From the NCBI GenBank assembly GCA_003599755.1, contig QZJO01000013.1, positions 27,729-91,728 of the forward strand: 64,000 nucleotides of DNA, read 5' to 3'. The notes below the pieces were generated by a model that saw only the letters and a program-made list of their open reading frames with translations, had not been told where the DNA came from and searched no databases. Below are positions 1 to 9,463 of the stretch, in pieces. The DNA is from Candidatus Parcubacteria bacterium (GTDB lineage: Bacteria; Patescibacteriota; Minisyncoccia; Sungbacterales; SURF-37). Position numbers and translations under genes: made by a program. Every line of letters starts with the position of its first letter. Positions within the stretch are counted from its first letter, which is position 1.

Positions 1-247
1 CCGGACGCTGGGATGGTTTTGGGCGCAGCTGATCCGTACGCTCGGCCTATTGCCGTCCGCGGCATCATCCGAAGCGGCGGATGCCGCCGAACTGCTCGCG
101 CTCGGCGGCGCAGGACTTGCCGAAGCGCTTGCGCGGCCGTACGATGCGGGGCGCGTGGAAGGGGAACTCACCGCGCTGCGCCGCCAATTTGATCAATCAT
201 TTTTTATGCCGCGCTCTCCCCTCATGGCGAGCCGGGCGGTATACTAG
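1..247 (+). CDS. 3' end of a gene entering from the left edge (possibly RecO-like; not recognisable with certainty)
   Basis: Frame open from base 2 to TAG at 245-247; identity guessed only from proximity to glyS. Confidence 0.35.
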   Translation, partial: RTLGWFWAQLIRTLGLLPSAASSEAADAAELLALGGAGLAEALARPYDAGRVEGELTALRRQFDQSFFMPRSPLMASRAVY

Positions 248-251
248 CGCT

Positions 252-2162
252 ATGGCCGGACTCGACAAACTCCGCGAAGCAATCTATTCCCGCGATTTCA
301 AGGAGCCGACGCGCTCGCCGGAAGGCGAGCTGCCGCCTGAAGCGCTGCAGGAATCGGCAAAGCCCATACCGCGCTCCTGGACGGAACGCCAGCCGAATGC
401 ATCCGCTCCGCTGGCGGCCGCAACGGGAAAACAGCGTCACTGGATCCGCAACGGCGTGATTATCGGCGTGGCTGCGATTTTAGTCGGCGGCGGCTGGCTC
501 GGGTATACGCTTTTTTTGGCGACCTCTGATGTGGGATTTTCGATCGAAGGGCCGAAAGAAGTTTCGGCCGGCGAACCGACCGTGTATACGATCCGCGTGA
601 CGAACCGTTCGAGCGTACCGCTCACCGAAGTATCCGCGACGCTGACATTTCCGCCCGGCACGATTACGCCCGACAGTATGGAAATTCCGTTTTCGGCCCC
701 GCGCATCCGCGTGCCGATCGGCGACGTTCCGGCGGGCGAACGCACGGAACGGGAAGTCCGGGTGCAGCTCGTAGGCCAGGCCGGCCACATGCATACGATT
801 GCGGGCCTTTTGTTGTACCGGCCGGAAAATATCTCATCACAGCTGACGCGCGAGACCGATATGACCACCACCATCGCGCGCGTACCCATCGCGGTCAGCG
901 TGGACGTACCCGAACGAATCAGCTCCGGCCAGGAGGTGAAGATGATCATTGCCGTGGACTCAGAATTATCAGTCGTGCTGCCGAACATGTCGCTTGGCGT
1001 CGAATTTCCCGCGGGGTTCGTGTTCGATCGCGCGGAACCCGATCCGATCGCGCCGAATAAACCCATTTGGTCGCTCGGAGAGCTCGTCGGCGGCCAATCG
1101 CGCACCATTACGGTCTTCGGGACGCTTGCCGGCGAGCCGGAAGAAGCGAAGCCCTTCCGCATGCGCGTTGGTCAATATGAAGCGGCGAATGATCGGTGGC
1201 TTGCGGTCATTGAGCATACGCAAACGCCATTGATCGCGTCGCCGTTTTTGCTCGCGCAGGCCACGCTTAATGGCGCCCGCGGCGGCGCGCTGCAACCGGG
1301 CACGCGCGTGACCGGTAGCGTATTTTATCGGAATAATTTGCCCGATCGCGTCGAGAATCTTACGGTTTCGGCTTCGTTCCCGGAGAATCTCGTGGATTTG
1401 CGCTCGGTTCGGGCCGAACGCGGCTTTTACGATGTCGGAAAGAAATCGCTGGTTTGGAATCCGAGTTCGGAATCCCGGCTGCGGGAGCTTGCCGCGGGCG
1501 GAGAGGGAACGCTCGCCTTTTCGTTCGAGCTTAAGCAGGCATTGCCGATCAATTCATTTGCAGACAAAAATTTTTTGTTCCCCGTCATCACGCTGATCGA
1601 TACAGCCAATCCGCCGCCGGCGTACCGGGGGATTGAGCTCGGCTCGGAGGACCGGATCGAATACCGGATGGCCTCGGTCCTTGGCCTGATCGGCCGCACG
1701 ACGTATTATGAATCTCCGTTCCCGAACACCGGCCCTCTGCCGCCCAAGGTGCGCGAGACGACTACCTATACGGTATTTTGGGAGCTGACCAGCGGCGGCA
1801 ATGATCTGCGGGATGTAGAGGTGCGCGGCGAACTGGCTGCGGGCGTCGAATGGCGGGATCAGGTGACGAGCGATTTGGGAACCGTTACGTTCAATCCCGC
1901 GACGCACGAAGTCATCTGGCGGATCCGCGATCTGCCGGCCGCAACCGGGGTGCTGCGCGCCCCGATCCGCGCCGCGATCCAGGTTGCCATTGCTCCCGCC
2001 GAGAACCAGATCGGTACCAGTCCGAATCTCTTGCAGAACGTGCGCGCGAGCGGCCGGGACCTTTTTGCCGACGTCACGCAGGACGTAACCGTTCCGAACG
2101 TATCCACGGAATTGAAGAGCGACAGCCAAAGCAAGCAAATCGAATGGCGAGTCGCGCCGTAA
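252..2162 (+). CDS. Membrane-anchored surface protein with repeated Ig-like/DUF11-type beta domains
   Basis: One TM helix (GVIIGVAAILVGGGWLGYTLFL) then repeated motifs such as VSAGEPTVYTIRVTN, ISSGQEVKMIIAV, YTVFWELTS; ATG 252 chosen because TATACT lies at 240-245. Confidence 0.7.
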   Translation: MAGLDKLREAIYSRDFKEPTRSPEGELPPEALQESAKPIPRSWTERQPNASAPLAAATGKQRHWIRNGVIIGVAAILVGGGWLGYTLFLATSDVGFSIEGPKEVSAGEPTVYTIRVTNRSSVPLTEVSATLTFPPGTITPDSMEIPFSAPRIRVPIGDVPAGERTEREVRVQLVGQAGHMHTIAGLLLYRPENISSQLTRETDMTTTIARVPIAVSVDVPERISSGQEVKMIIAVDSELSVVLPNMSLGVEFPAGFVFDRAEPDPIAPNKPIWSLGELVGGQSRTITVFGTLAGEPEEAKPFRMRVGQYEAANDRWLAVIEHTQTPLIASPFLLAQATLNGARGGALQPGTRVTGSVFYRNNLPDRVENLTVSASFPENLVDLRSVRAERGFYDVGKKSLVWNPSSESRLRELAAGGEGTLAFSFELKQALPINSFADKNFLFPVITLIDTANPPPAYRGIELGSEDRIEYRMASVLGLIGRTTYYESPFPNTGPLPPKVRETTTYTVFWELTSGGNDLRDVEVRGELAAGVEWRDQVTSDLGTVTFNPATHEVIWRIRDLPAATGVLRAPIRAAIQVAIAPAENQIGTSPNLLQNVRASGRDLFADVTQDVTVPNVSTELKSDSQSKQIEWRVAP

Positions 2163-2173
2163 TCAAAACCAGC

Positions 2174-3505
<1,332 letters not shown>

Positions 3506-3520
3506 CCGACGTCCATCCCT

Positions 3521-4792
3521 ATGTTCAAGAAGGTAGCGCTCCCCAACGGTTTACGGATCCTGACCGCACCGATGCAGGGCACCAATACGGTGACCACATT
3601 TGTCATGTGCGGGACCGGCTCGGACCACGAGACCGAACCGCAAAGCGGCATATCGCATTTTTTAGAGCACATGTTTTTCAAAGGCACGACGAAGCGGCCG
3701 AACCACTTGGCGATCACCAAGGAGCTCGACCGCATGGGCTCGGCCTCGAACGCCTTTACGTGGCACGAAACTACGGGATACTACGTGAAGGCCGGCGCCA
3801 TCCATTTTGACCGGGCGATTGATCTTCTGGCCGACATCTACCGGAATTCCCGATTTCCCGAAGAAGAGATGGAAAAGGAAAAGCGGGTGATCATCGAGGA
3901 GCTGCATATGCGGCGGGAAATCCCCACGAGCTATATCTGGCGCCTGTGGGAAAAGACGTTGTACGGCGATTCGCCGGCCGGCCGCGAAGTCGGCGGCACC
4001 GAAGAAACGGTGCAGGCGATTCGGCGTGAGGACTTGGTTAAATACTTCGAAAGTCAGTACGTCGCGCCCAATACCGCAGTCGTAGTTGCGGGCAAAATCG
4101 ACGAGGACGCGGCCGTGCGGCGCGTGGCGGAATTATTCTCCGATATTCGCGCCGGCGCGCCGCATCCGGCGCCCGCGTTTGTGCCGCGGCAGGCCGCACC
4201 CATTCTCATGCCCGAGGCGCGGACGATCGACCAAACGCACACGGTCATCGGTTTCCGGGGGTATGACGCGTTCCATCCGCGGCGCTGGGCCGCCGAGATG
4301 CTCGCGATCGTGCTCGGAGGATCGTGGAGCTCGCGGATGTTCGTGCGCGTGCGCGAGGAGCTCGGGCTCGCGTACACGGTATCGTCGTCGAGTTCGAACT
4401 ATAAGAACCGCGGCTCGTTCGAGACATATGCGGGCGTGAGCCATCACAATCTCGCCAAGGCCATCGAGGCGATCCTGGCCGAATACCGCCGCGTTCGCGA
4501 AGAGCCGATCGCGGCCGAAGAGCTTGCCGATGCACGCGAATTCCTCAAAGGCCGGATGCTTATGGAATGGGAGACCTCCGAGGCGGTCGCGGATCATGCC
4601 GCGGGCGAAGAAATGCTGACCGGCGATCCGTTGACCATCGAGGAAGTATTTGCGAGGATCGATGCAATCAAGCCGGCGGATCTGGCCGACGTTGCCCGAG
4701 ACCTCTTCCGGCCCGACCGCCTCAATGTCGCGATTTTGGGTCCCGAACCGACGTTCGGGGATCCGCAAGCCCTCATCAACCGATTCGCCTGA
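3521..4792 (+). CDS. M16 (pitrilysin-family) zinc peptidase
   Basis: Inverted zinc motif HFLEH, SNAFT, SSRMF.RVREELGLAY. Confidence 0.93.
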   Translation: MFKKVALPNGLRILTAPMQGTNTVTTFVMCGTGSDHETEPQSGISHFLEHMFFKGTTKRPNHLAITKELDRMGSASNAFTWHETTGYYVKAGAIHFDRAIDLLADIYRNSRFPEEEMEKEKRVIIEELHMRREIPTSYIWRLWEKTLYGDSPAGREVGGTEETVQAIRREDLVKYFESQYVAPNTAVVVAGKIDEDAAVRRVAELFSDIRAGAPHPAPAFVPRQAAPILMPEARTIDQTHTVIGFRGYDAFHPRRWAAEMLAIVLGGSWSSRMFVRVREELGLAYTVSSSSSNYKNRGSFETYAGVSHHNLAKAIEAILAEYRRVREEPIAAEELADAREFLKGRMLMEWETSEAVADHAAGEEMLTGDPLTIEEVFARIDAIKPADLADVARDLFRPDRLNVAILGPEPTFGDPQALINRFA

Positions 4793-4795
4793 TTT

Positions 4796-5857
4796 ATGGC
4801 CCTCGAACGCATCTCCTTGGATATCTCGTATACTTCGTATATACGGGCCGTGATCGTCGTCGCGGTTACCGTCGCGCTGGTATATCTGTCGCAAATCATC
4901 GTGGCCCTCTTGTTCGCCATGGTCATCGCGTCGGGCATCGAGCCGGGCGTGCGCTGGTTTGCGCGCTACCGCGTGCCGCGCATTGCCGCGGTGCTCTTGA
5001 TCTACGTCATTGCCATTGCGGTTCTCGGCACCGCGCTCGCGCTGGTTTTGCCGCCGCTGGTCGATGAGTTCACGGCGTTTCTCGATGACTTTCCGCGTTA
5101 CCAGCGGGTCCTCCTCCAGGAGCTGCGCGCGTTTGAGGATCTGCCGTTCTACACGTATTTTTCGGAAAACGCGCAGCAGTTTATTTTGAACCCGCCGTTT
5201 GACCTGCGCACCGTCGGTTCAAGCGCCCTGGATCTTATCGTCGCGTTCTTCGGCGGCATCGGGTCCGCACTGATTCTCCTGGTGGTTTCGTTTTACCTGG
5301 CGAGCCAGGAGCGGGGGATCGAACAATTTCTGCGTCTGGTCACGCCCCTGCGGAGCGAGGAATATGTAATCGGGCTTTGGCAGCGCACGCAAACTAAACT
5401 CGGGCGATGGCTGCGCGGCCAACTCATCCTCGGTCTGATCATCGGCGTGCTCGTCTATTTCACGCTGATCATCCTCGGCGTTCCGTACGCATTCACGCTC
5501 GCGCTGTTGGCCGCGGTGTTGGAATTGGTGCCGATCATCGGCCCGATTCTGGCGGCGATCCCCGCGGTATTTTTCGGATTCCTCGATTCACCGGTCCGCG
5601 GCCTGGTGGTTGCGGCGGCATACGTGCTGATCCAGCAAATCGAGAGCCATTTGTTGGTTCCGCTCGTGATGCGTCAGGCCTTGGGCTTGAATCCGTTGAT
5701 CGTGATCATCGGGCTTTTGGCCGGCGCGAAACTGGGCGGTATCATCGGCATGTTTCTTGCCGTGCCGCTTGCTTCGGTGATTGCCGAATTCCTCGTGGAC
5801 ACGGATCGCAAGCGGCGCGAAGTGCTCGCGGATCCGCGCCTGACCGGCCAGGGATGA
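4796..5857 (+). CDS. AI-2E family transporter (PerM-like)
   Basis: Multi-TM; W.RGQL, LELVPIIGP, QQIESHLLVP..M...LGLNP motifs. Confidence 0.9.
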   Translation: MALERISLDISYTSYIRAVIVVAVTVALVYLSQIIVALLFAMVIASGIEPGVRWFARYRVPRIAAVLLIYVIAIAVLGTALALVLPPLVDEFTAFLDDFPRYQRVLLQELRAFEDLPFYTYFSENAQQFILNPPFDLRTVGSSALDLIVAFFGGIGSALILLVVSFYLASQERGIEQFLRLVTPLRSEEYVIGLWQRTQTKLGRWLRGQLILGLIIGVLVYFTLIILGVPYAFTLALLAAVLELVPIIGPILAAIPAVFFGFLDSPVRGLVVAAAYVLIQQIESHLLVPLVMRQALGLNPLIVIIGLLAGAKLGGIIGMFLAVPLASVIAEFLVDTDRKRREVLADPRLTGQG

Positions 5858-5888
5858 GTAGCGGTTGGCAACGGTTTATGCTACGGTC

Positions 5889-5914
5889 AATAGGGCTTTC
5901 GGGCCCTATTTTTG
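5889..5914 (+). terminator. Intrinsic terminator
   Basis: AATAGGGC-TTTCGG-GCCCTATT followed by T run. Confidence 0.65.
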
Positions 5915-5965
5915 ATCCCTGCTCCGTGTAGCCGCTGTGCTACACTGGGCTAACAAGGGGCCTTC

Positions 5966-7429
5966 ATGACCAACACTGGCGGCAACAAATTTTATATCAC
6001 GACGGCCATCGATTACGTGAATGGCGCGCCGCATATTGGGCATGCGCTGGAGAAAATCCAGGCCGACGTCATCGCGCGGTGGCAGCGGAGCCGCGGCAAA
6101 GCGGTATGGTTTTTGACCGGGACCGACGAACACGGCTCGAAAATCGCCCGGCGCGCGGCCGAAGTCGGGAAAGAGCCGCAAGCGTTCGCTGATGAAAACG
6201 CGGCGATATTTCGCGATCTCAAGAAGGTGCTTGATCTGTCCTGGGATGATTTCATCCGGACGACCGACCGCGAACGCCATTGGCCCGGCGTGGAAAAACT
6301 CTGGCGCGCGCTCGCTGCGGCAGGGGATATATATAAGAAACGCTACGGGGGCCTCTATTGCATCGGGCATGAAGGATTTGTGACCGAGAAGGACTTGGTG
6401 AACGGAAAATGCCCTGATCATGGAACGGCGCCCGAAGCCATCGCGGAGGAAAACTGGTTTTTCCGATTGTCGAAATACGGGCCCCAGATCAAACGGCGGA
6501 TCGAATCCGGGGAACTGGCTGTTCATCCGCAGAGCCGAGCCAATGAAATCCTGGCGCTGATCGACCAGGGACTGGAGGACGTATCGTTTTCCCGGCCGCG
6601 CGAAACGCTTTCATGGGGCATTCCGGTGCCGGACGATCCGACGCAGACGATCTATGTCTGGTGCGACGCGCTGGCGAATTATCTGACCGCCGTGGGCTAC
6701 GGCCGGGATGACGCGAATTTCGCGCGATGGTGGCCGGCGGATCTGCACGTTATCGGCAAAGATATTCTCCGTTTTCATGCCGCCATTTGGCCGGGCATGC
6801 TGCTCGCGGCCGGCATTCCGCTGCCGCGTGCGATTTTGGTGCACGGCTTTCTCAATGTTGAGGGCCAGAAGATTTCCAAGACCCTGGGCAATGTCATTGC
6901 GCCGGGCGATATCGTACGCGAATACGGCACCGATCCGGTTCGCTATTATTTGTTGCGCGACGTGCCGGTCGGTGAAGACGGCAATTTCTCTCGGGCCGTG
7001 CTGAAGGAGCGATATAACGGCGATCTGGCCAACGGCCTCGGAAATCTGGTCGCGCGCGTGGGTGCGCTTGCCGAAAAGGCGGGTCCTTTGCCGGTGCCGT
7101 CAACGCATCCGCTGGCTGATGCGGTTGCTGCGGCTCGCGCGGGGCGCGAGCGCGCGCTGGGGGCGTATAAATTCAACGAGGCGCTTGCTGCGGTCTGGTC
7201 CTTGATCGGCGCGGCGGATCGGTATCTGAACGAAACCAAACCCTGGACGCTGGACGGCGCAGAGCTCGCTCGCGCCATCGCGCCCGCCGCGCTGGCGGTT
7301 GCGGCACTCGCTGAGCTTATCGAGCCGTTCCTCCCGAGCACCGCGGCCAAGATCGCCGCGGGAATCAGCCGCGAGGGCGATATCCTGGTCATACGAAAAG
7401 GCGAGGGACTGTTCCCTCGCCTTGCCTAG
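5966..7429 (+). CDS. metG: Methionine--tRNA ligase (short form)
   Basis: YITTAIDYVNGAPHIGH, GTDEHG, YVWCDAL, GKDILRFH, KISKTLGN. Confidence 0.96.
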   Translation: MTNTGGNKFYITTAIDYVNGAPHIGHALEKIQADVIARWQRSRGKAVWFLTGTDEHGSKIARRAAEVGKEPQAFADENAAIFRDLKKVLDLSWDDFIRTTDRERHWPGVEKLWRALAAAGDIYKKRYGGLYCIGHEGFVTEKDLVNGKCPDHGTAPEAIAEENWFFRLSKYGPQIKRRIESGELAVHPQSRANEILALIDQGLEDVSFSRPRETLSWGIPVPDDPTQTIYVWCDALANYLTAVGYGRDDANFARWWPADLHVIGKDILRFHAAIWPGMLLAAGIPLPRAILVHGFLNVEGQKISKTLGNVIAPGDIVREYGTDPVRYYLLRDVPVGEDGNFSRAVLKERYNGDLANGLGNLVARVGALAEKAGPLPVPSTHPLADAVAAARAGRERALGAYKFNEALAAVWSLIGAADRYLNETKPWTLDGAELARAIAPAALAVAALAELIEPFLPSTAAKIAAGISREGDILVIRKGEGLFPRLA

Positions 7430-7464
7430 GACTGCCTCCAGCAGTCGCGTCGGTTGTGGATCTG

Positions 7465-7992
7465 TCAGGTGAATTCGCTGAACCCGGTACCGCGCCAGAG
7501 GACGGATCCCGGCCGCTCGGGTGCGGCATTGAAGCAGCCGGCATACGCCAGAAGCCGTCTGCCATTCGGCTTCTGGAAGAAAACCGGATACGCTCGTTCC
7601 AGCGGTTGGAGCGGTTCGCCGCAGGCGGTACAGCGCGATCGCGCCTCGATGTCGGCCGGAAGGCCTTTTTGGAGCTCGAAGTGCCGCTCGTTGAGACAGG
7701 CGCGGTGGATGAGCACGAGCCGGCCGGTGAGGCGGTCGCGCACGGATGCGATACCGGCTGCAGTATTTCGCACTGTCTTCGCGGGCGAGTGCGCCGGAGT
7801 GGATCCGGGCTTGCCCGGGTCATCGCAGAGCGCTGCGTGACAGATACGGCAGAGCTGATTCGCGCCGTTGGTTCTCGGACTCAAATTGTGCACGATGACG
7901 AGGCCGCGCGCCTCGGCGCACGCGCGGTGCGCGGGAATCCGTGCGGTGCGTGTTGCGTTGAGCGCGAGCACGAGGCGGAACGATCGGCCCAT
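7465..7992 (-). CDS. Hypothetical Cys/His-rich protein with repeated HRAC...CxxC motifs (probable zinc binding)
   Basis: ATG at 7992 with GGAGGTG 6 nt upstream; fills the metG-tatD gap. Confidence 0.6.
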   Translation of the reverse strand: MGRSFRLVLALNATRTARIPAHRACAEARGLVIVHNLSPRTNGANQLCRICHAALCDDPGKPGSTPAHSPAKTVRNTAAGIASVRDRLTGRLVLIHRACLNERHFELQKGLPADIEARSRCTACGEPLQPLERAYPVFFQKPNGRRLLAYAGCFNAAPERPGSVLWRGTGFSEFT

Positions 7993-8047
7993 GGGCATCA
8001 CCTCCGGTATGAGCGGTATGAGGAGCTGAAGCGAGTATAATCGATAT

Positions 8048-8875
8048 ATGTCCGGTATGAAACTGATCGATACGCATGCGCATATGCAGTTTCCCGCGTA
8101 TGACGCCGATCGCGCGGCCGTGTTGCAGCGCGCCCGCGACGCAGGCGTGGCCATGATCAACGTCGGCACGCAATATTCGACGTCGCAGGCGGCGATCGAG
8201 CTTGCCACGCGCGAAGGTCTTTGGGCGACGGCGGGATTCCACCCCGGGCATCTTGCAATCCAGAGCCATCACGATGCTCAAGAGCTTCGGGAACCGAATC
8301 AAGAGGAGTTTTCGGCCGCGCGCATCCGCGAGCTTGCCGCTCATGGGCGTATCGTTGCTATCGGCGAATGCGGCCTGGACTACTACCGATTATCCGGCGT
8401 CGATGTTGCGGCAGTGAAGCAGCGACAGCGCGAAGTATTTGGCGAGCAGATCGCGGTCGCCCGTGACATGAAAAAGCCGCTCGTCATCCATTGCCGCCAA
8501 GCGTTCGCCGACCTGATTGCGATTCTCAACGATGCGCGGCTTGCGATCACGCCGCAGGGAAACGGCGTGATTCATTTTTTCAGCGGCACGGCCGATGACG
8601 CCAAGGCGCTTTTGGATCTCGGATTTTTTCTGGGCTTCGGCGGCGTGGTAACGTTCGCGCGCGAATACGACGAGGCGCTGCGCTTTACGCCGCATGGTCG
8701 ATTGCTCTTGGAGACCGATGCGCCCTACGTCGCGCCGGTGCCGCATCGGGGCAAGCGCAACGAGCCGACATTTATCATTGAAACGGCGAAGAAAATCGCT
8801 GAACTGCGTGACATGGAGTTTGAAGAACTGGCTGCCCGGACCACAGCGAACGCGAAAATGCTCTTCGGTCTTTGA
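8048..8875 (+). CDS. tatD: TatD family DNase
   Basis: IDTHAH, GFHP, AIGECGLDY, VIHCR, LLETDAPY, RGKRNEP. Confidence 0.95.
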   Translation: MSGMKLIDTHAHMQFPAYDADRAAVLQRARDAGVAMINVGTQYSTSQAAIELATREGLWATAGFHPGHLAIQSHHDAQELREPNQEEFSAARIRELAAHGRIVAIGECGLDYYRLSGVDVAAVKQRQREVFGEQIAVARDMKKPLVIHCRQAFADLIAILNDARLAITPQGNGVIHFFSGTADDAKALLDLGFFLGFGGVVTFAREYDEALRFTPHGRLLLETDAPYVAPVPHRGKRNEPTFIIETAKKIAELRDMEFEELAARTTANAKMLFGL

Positions 8876-8932
8876 TTAAGAAATCGCCGCCAGCGCGGGC
8901 TGGCGGCGACAAGGACTCCGAGGGTGCTGGGG

Positions 8933-9373
8933 TCAGGCGACGGCGGCGGGGGAGCGGGGGCCGAGCGGCGCGAACGCCGCGAGGAAGGCACTGATCGCTT
9001 CGAGATCGAGGAATGCGGCTGCCTCGAGGAACTGGTACGGATCTTCGTCGAACCGTACCAGTATCGCGTAGGCGATGACGAGCTCGGTGTTGAGCTCCCA
9101 GATGCCCTCGGCCGCTGGGGAGATGAAGGTGGTCTCCGTGGCGACGCCGTAGCGGAATGCGAGTACGCTGCGAATCTGGTCGCCGGCGAAACAGCTTATG
9201 GCGACTCCGTCACGCCGATCGTAGCGGATACTGATCGTGCCTCGGAGCTTGTTTTCGTGCAGCGTGTGCTCGCTGGAGAAACGGCCCATGAAGTGGCCGC
9301 ACGTGAAGATCTTCCCGGCTGCGTGGCGTATTCCTTGCTCGCCCCACTCGTGCGATTCCAGATACTGGATCAT
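8933..9373 (-). CDS. Hypothetical protein
   Basis: 146-aa ORF filling the tatD-leuS gap; a competing + strand ORF exists. Confidence 0.45.
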   Translation of the reverse strand: MIQYLESHEWGEQGIRHAAGKIFTCGHFMGRFSSEHTLHENKLRGTISIRYDRRDGVAISCFAGDQIRSVLAFRYGVATETTFISPAAEGIWELNTELVIAYAILVRFDEDPYQFLEAAAFLDLEAISAFLAAFAPLGPRSPAAVA

Positions 9374-9463
9374 CCTGGCCCCTTTCGCGGCAACCGCGTT
9401 GCCGGTACCGGTACTTTCTGGTACGCTGGGTCTGTATTTATCACGTTTTCATAAGAAAGTCAA

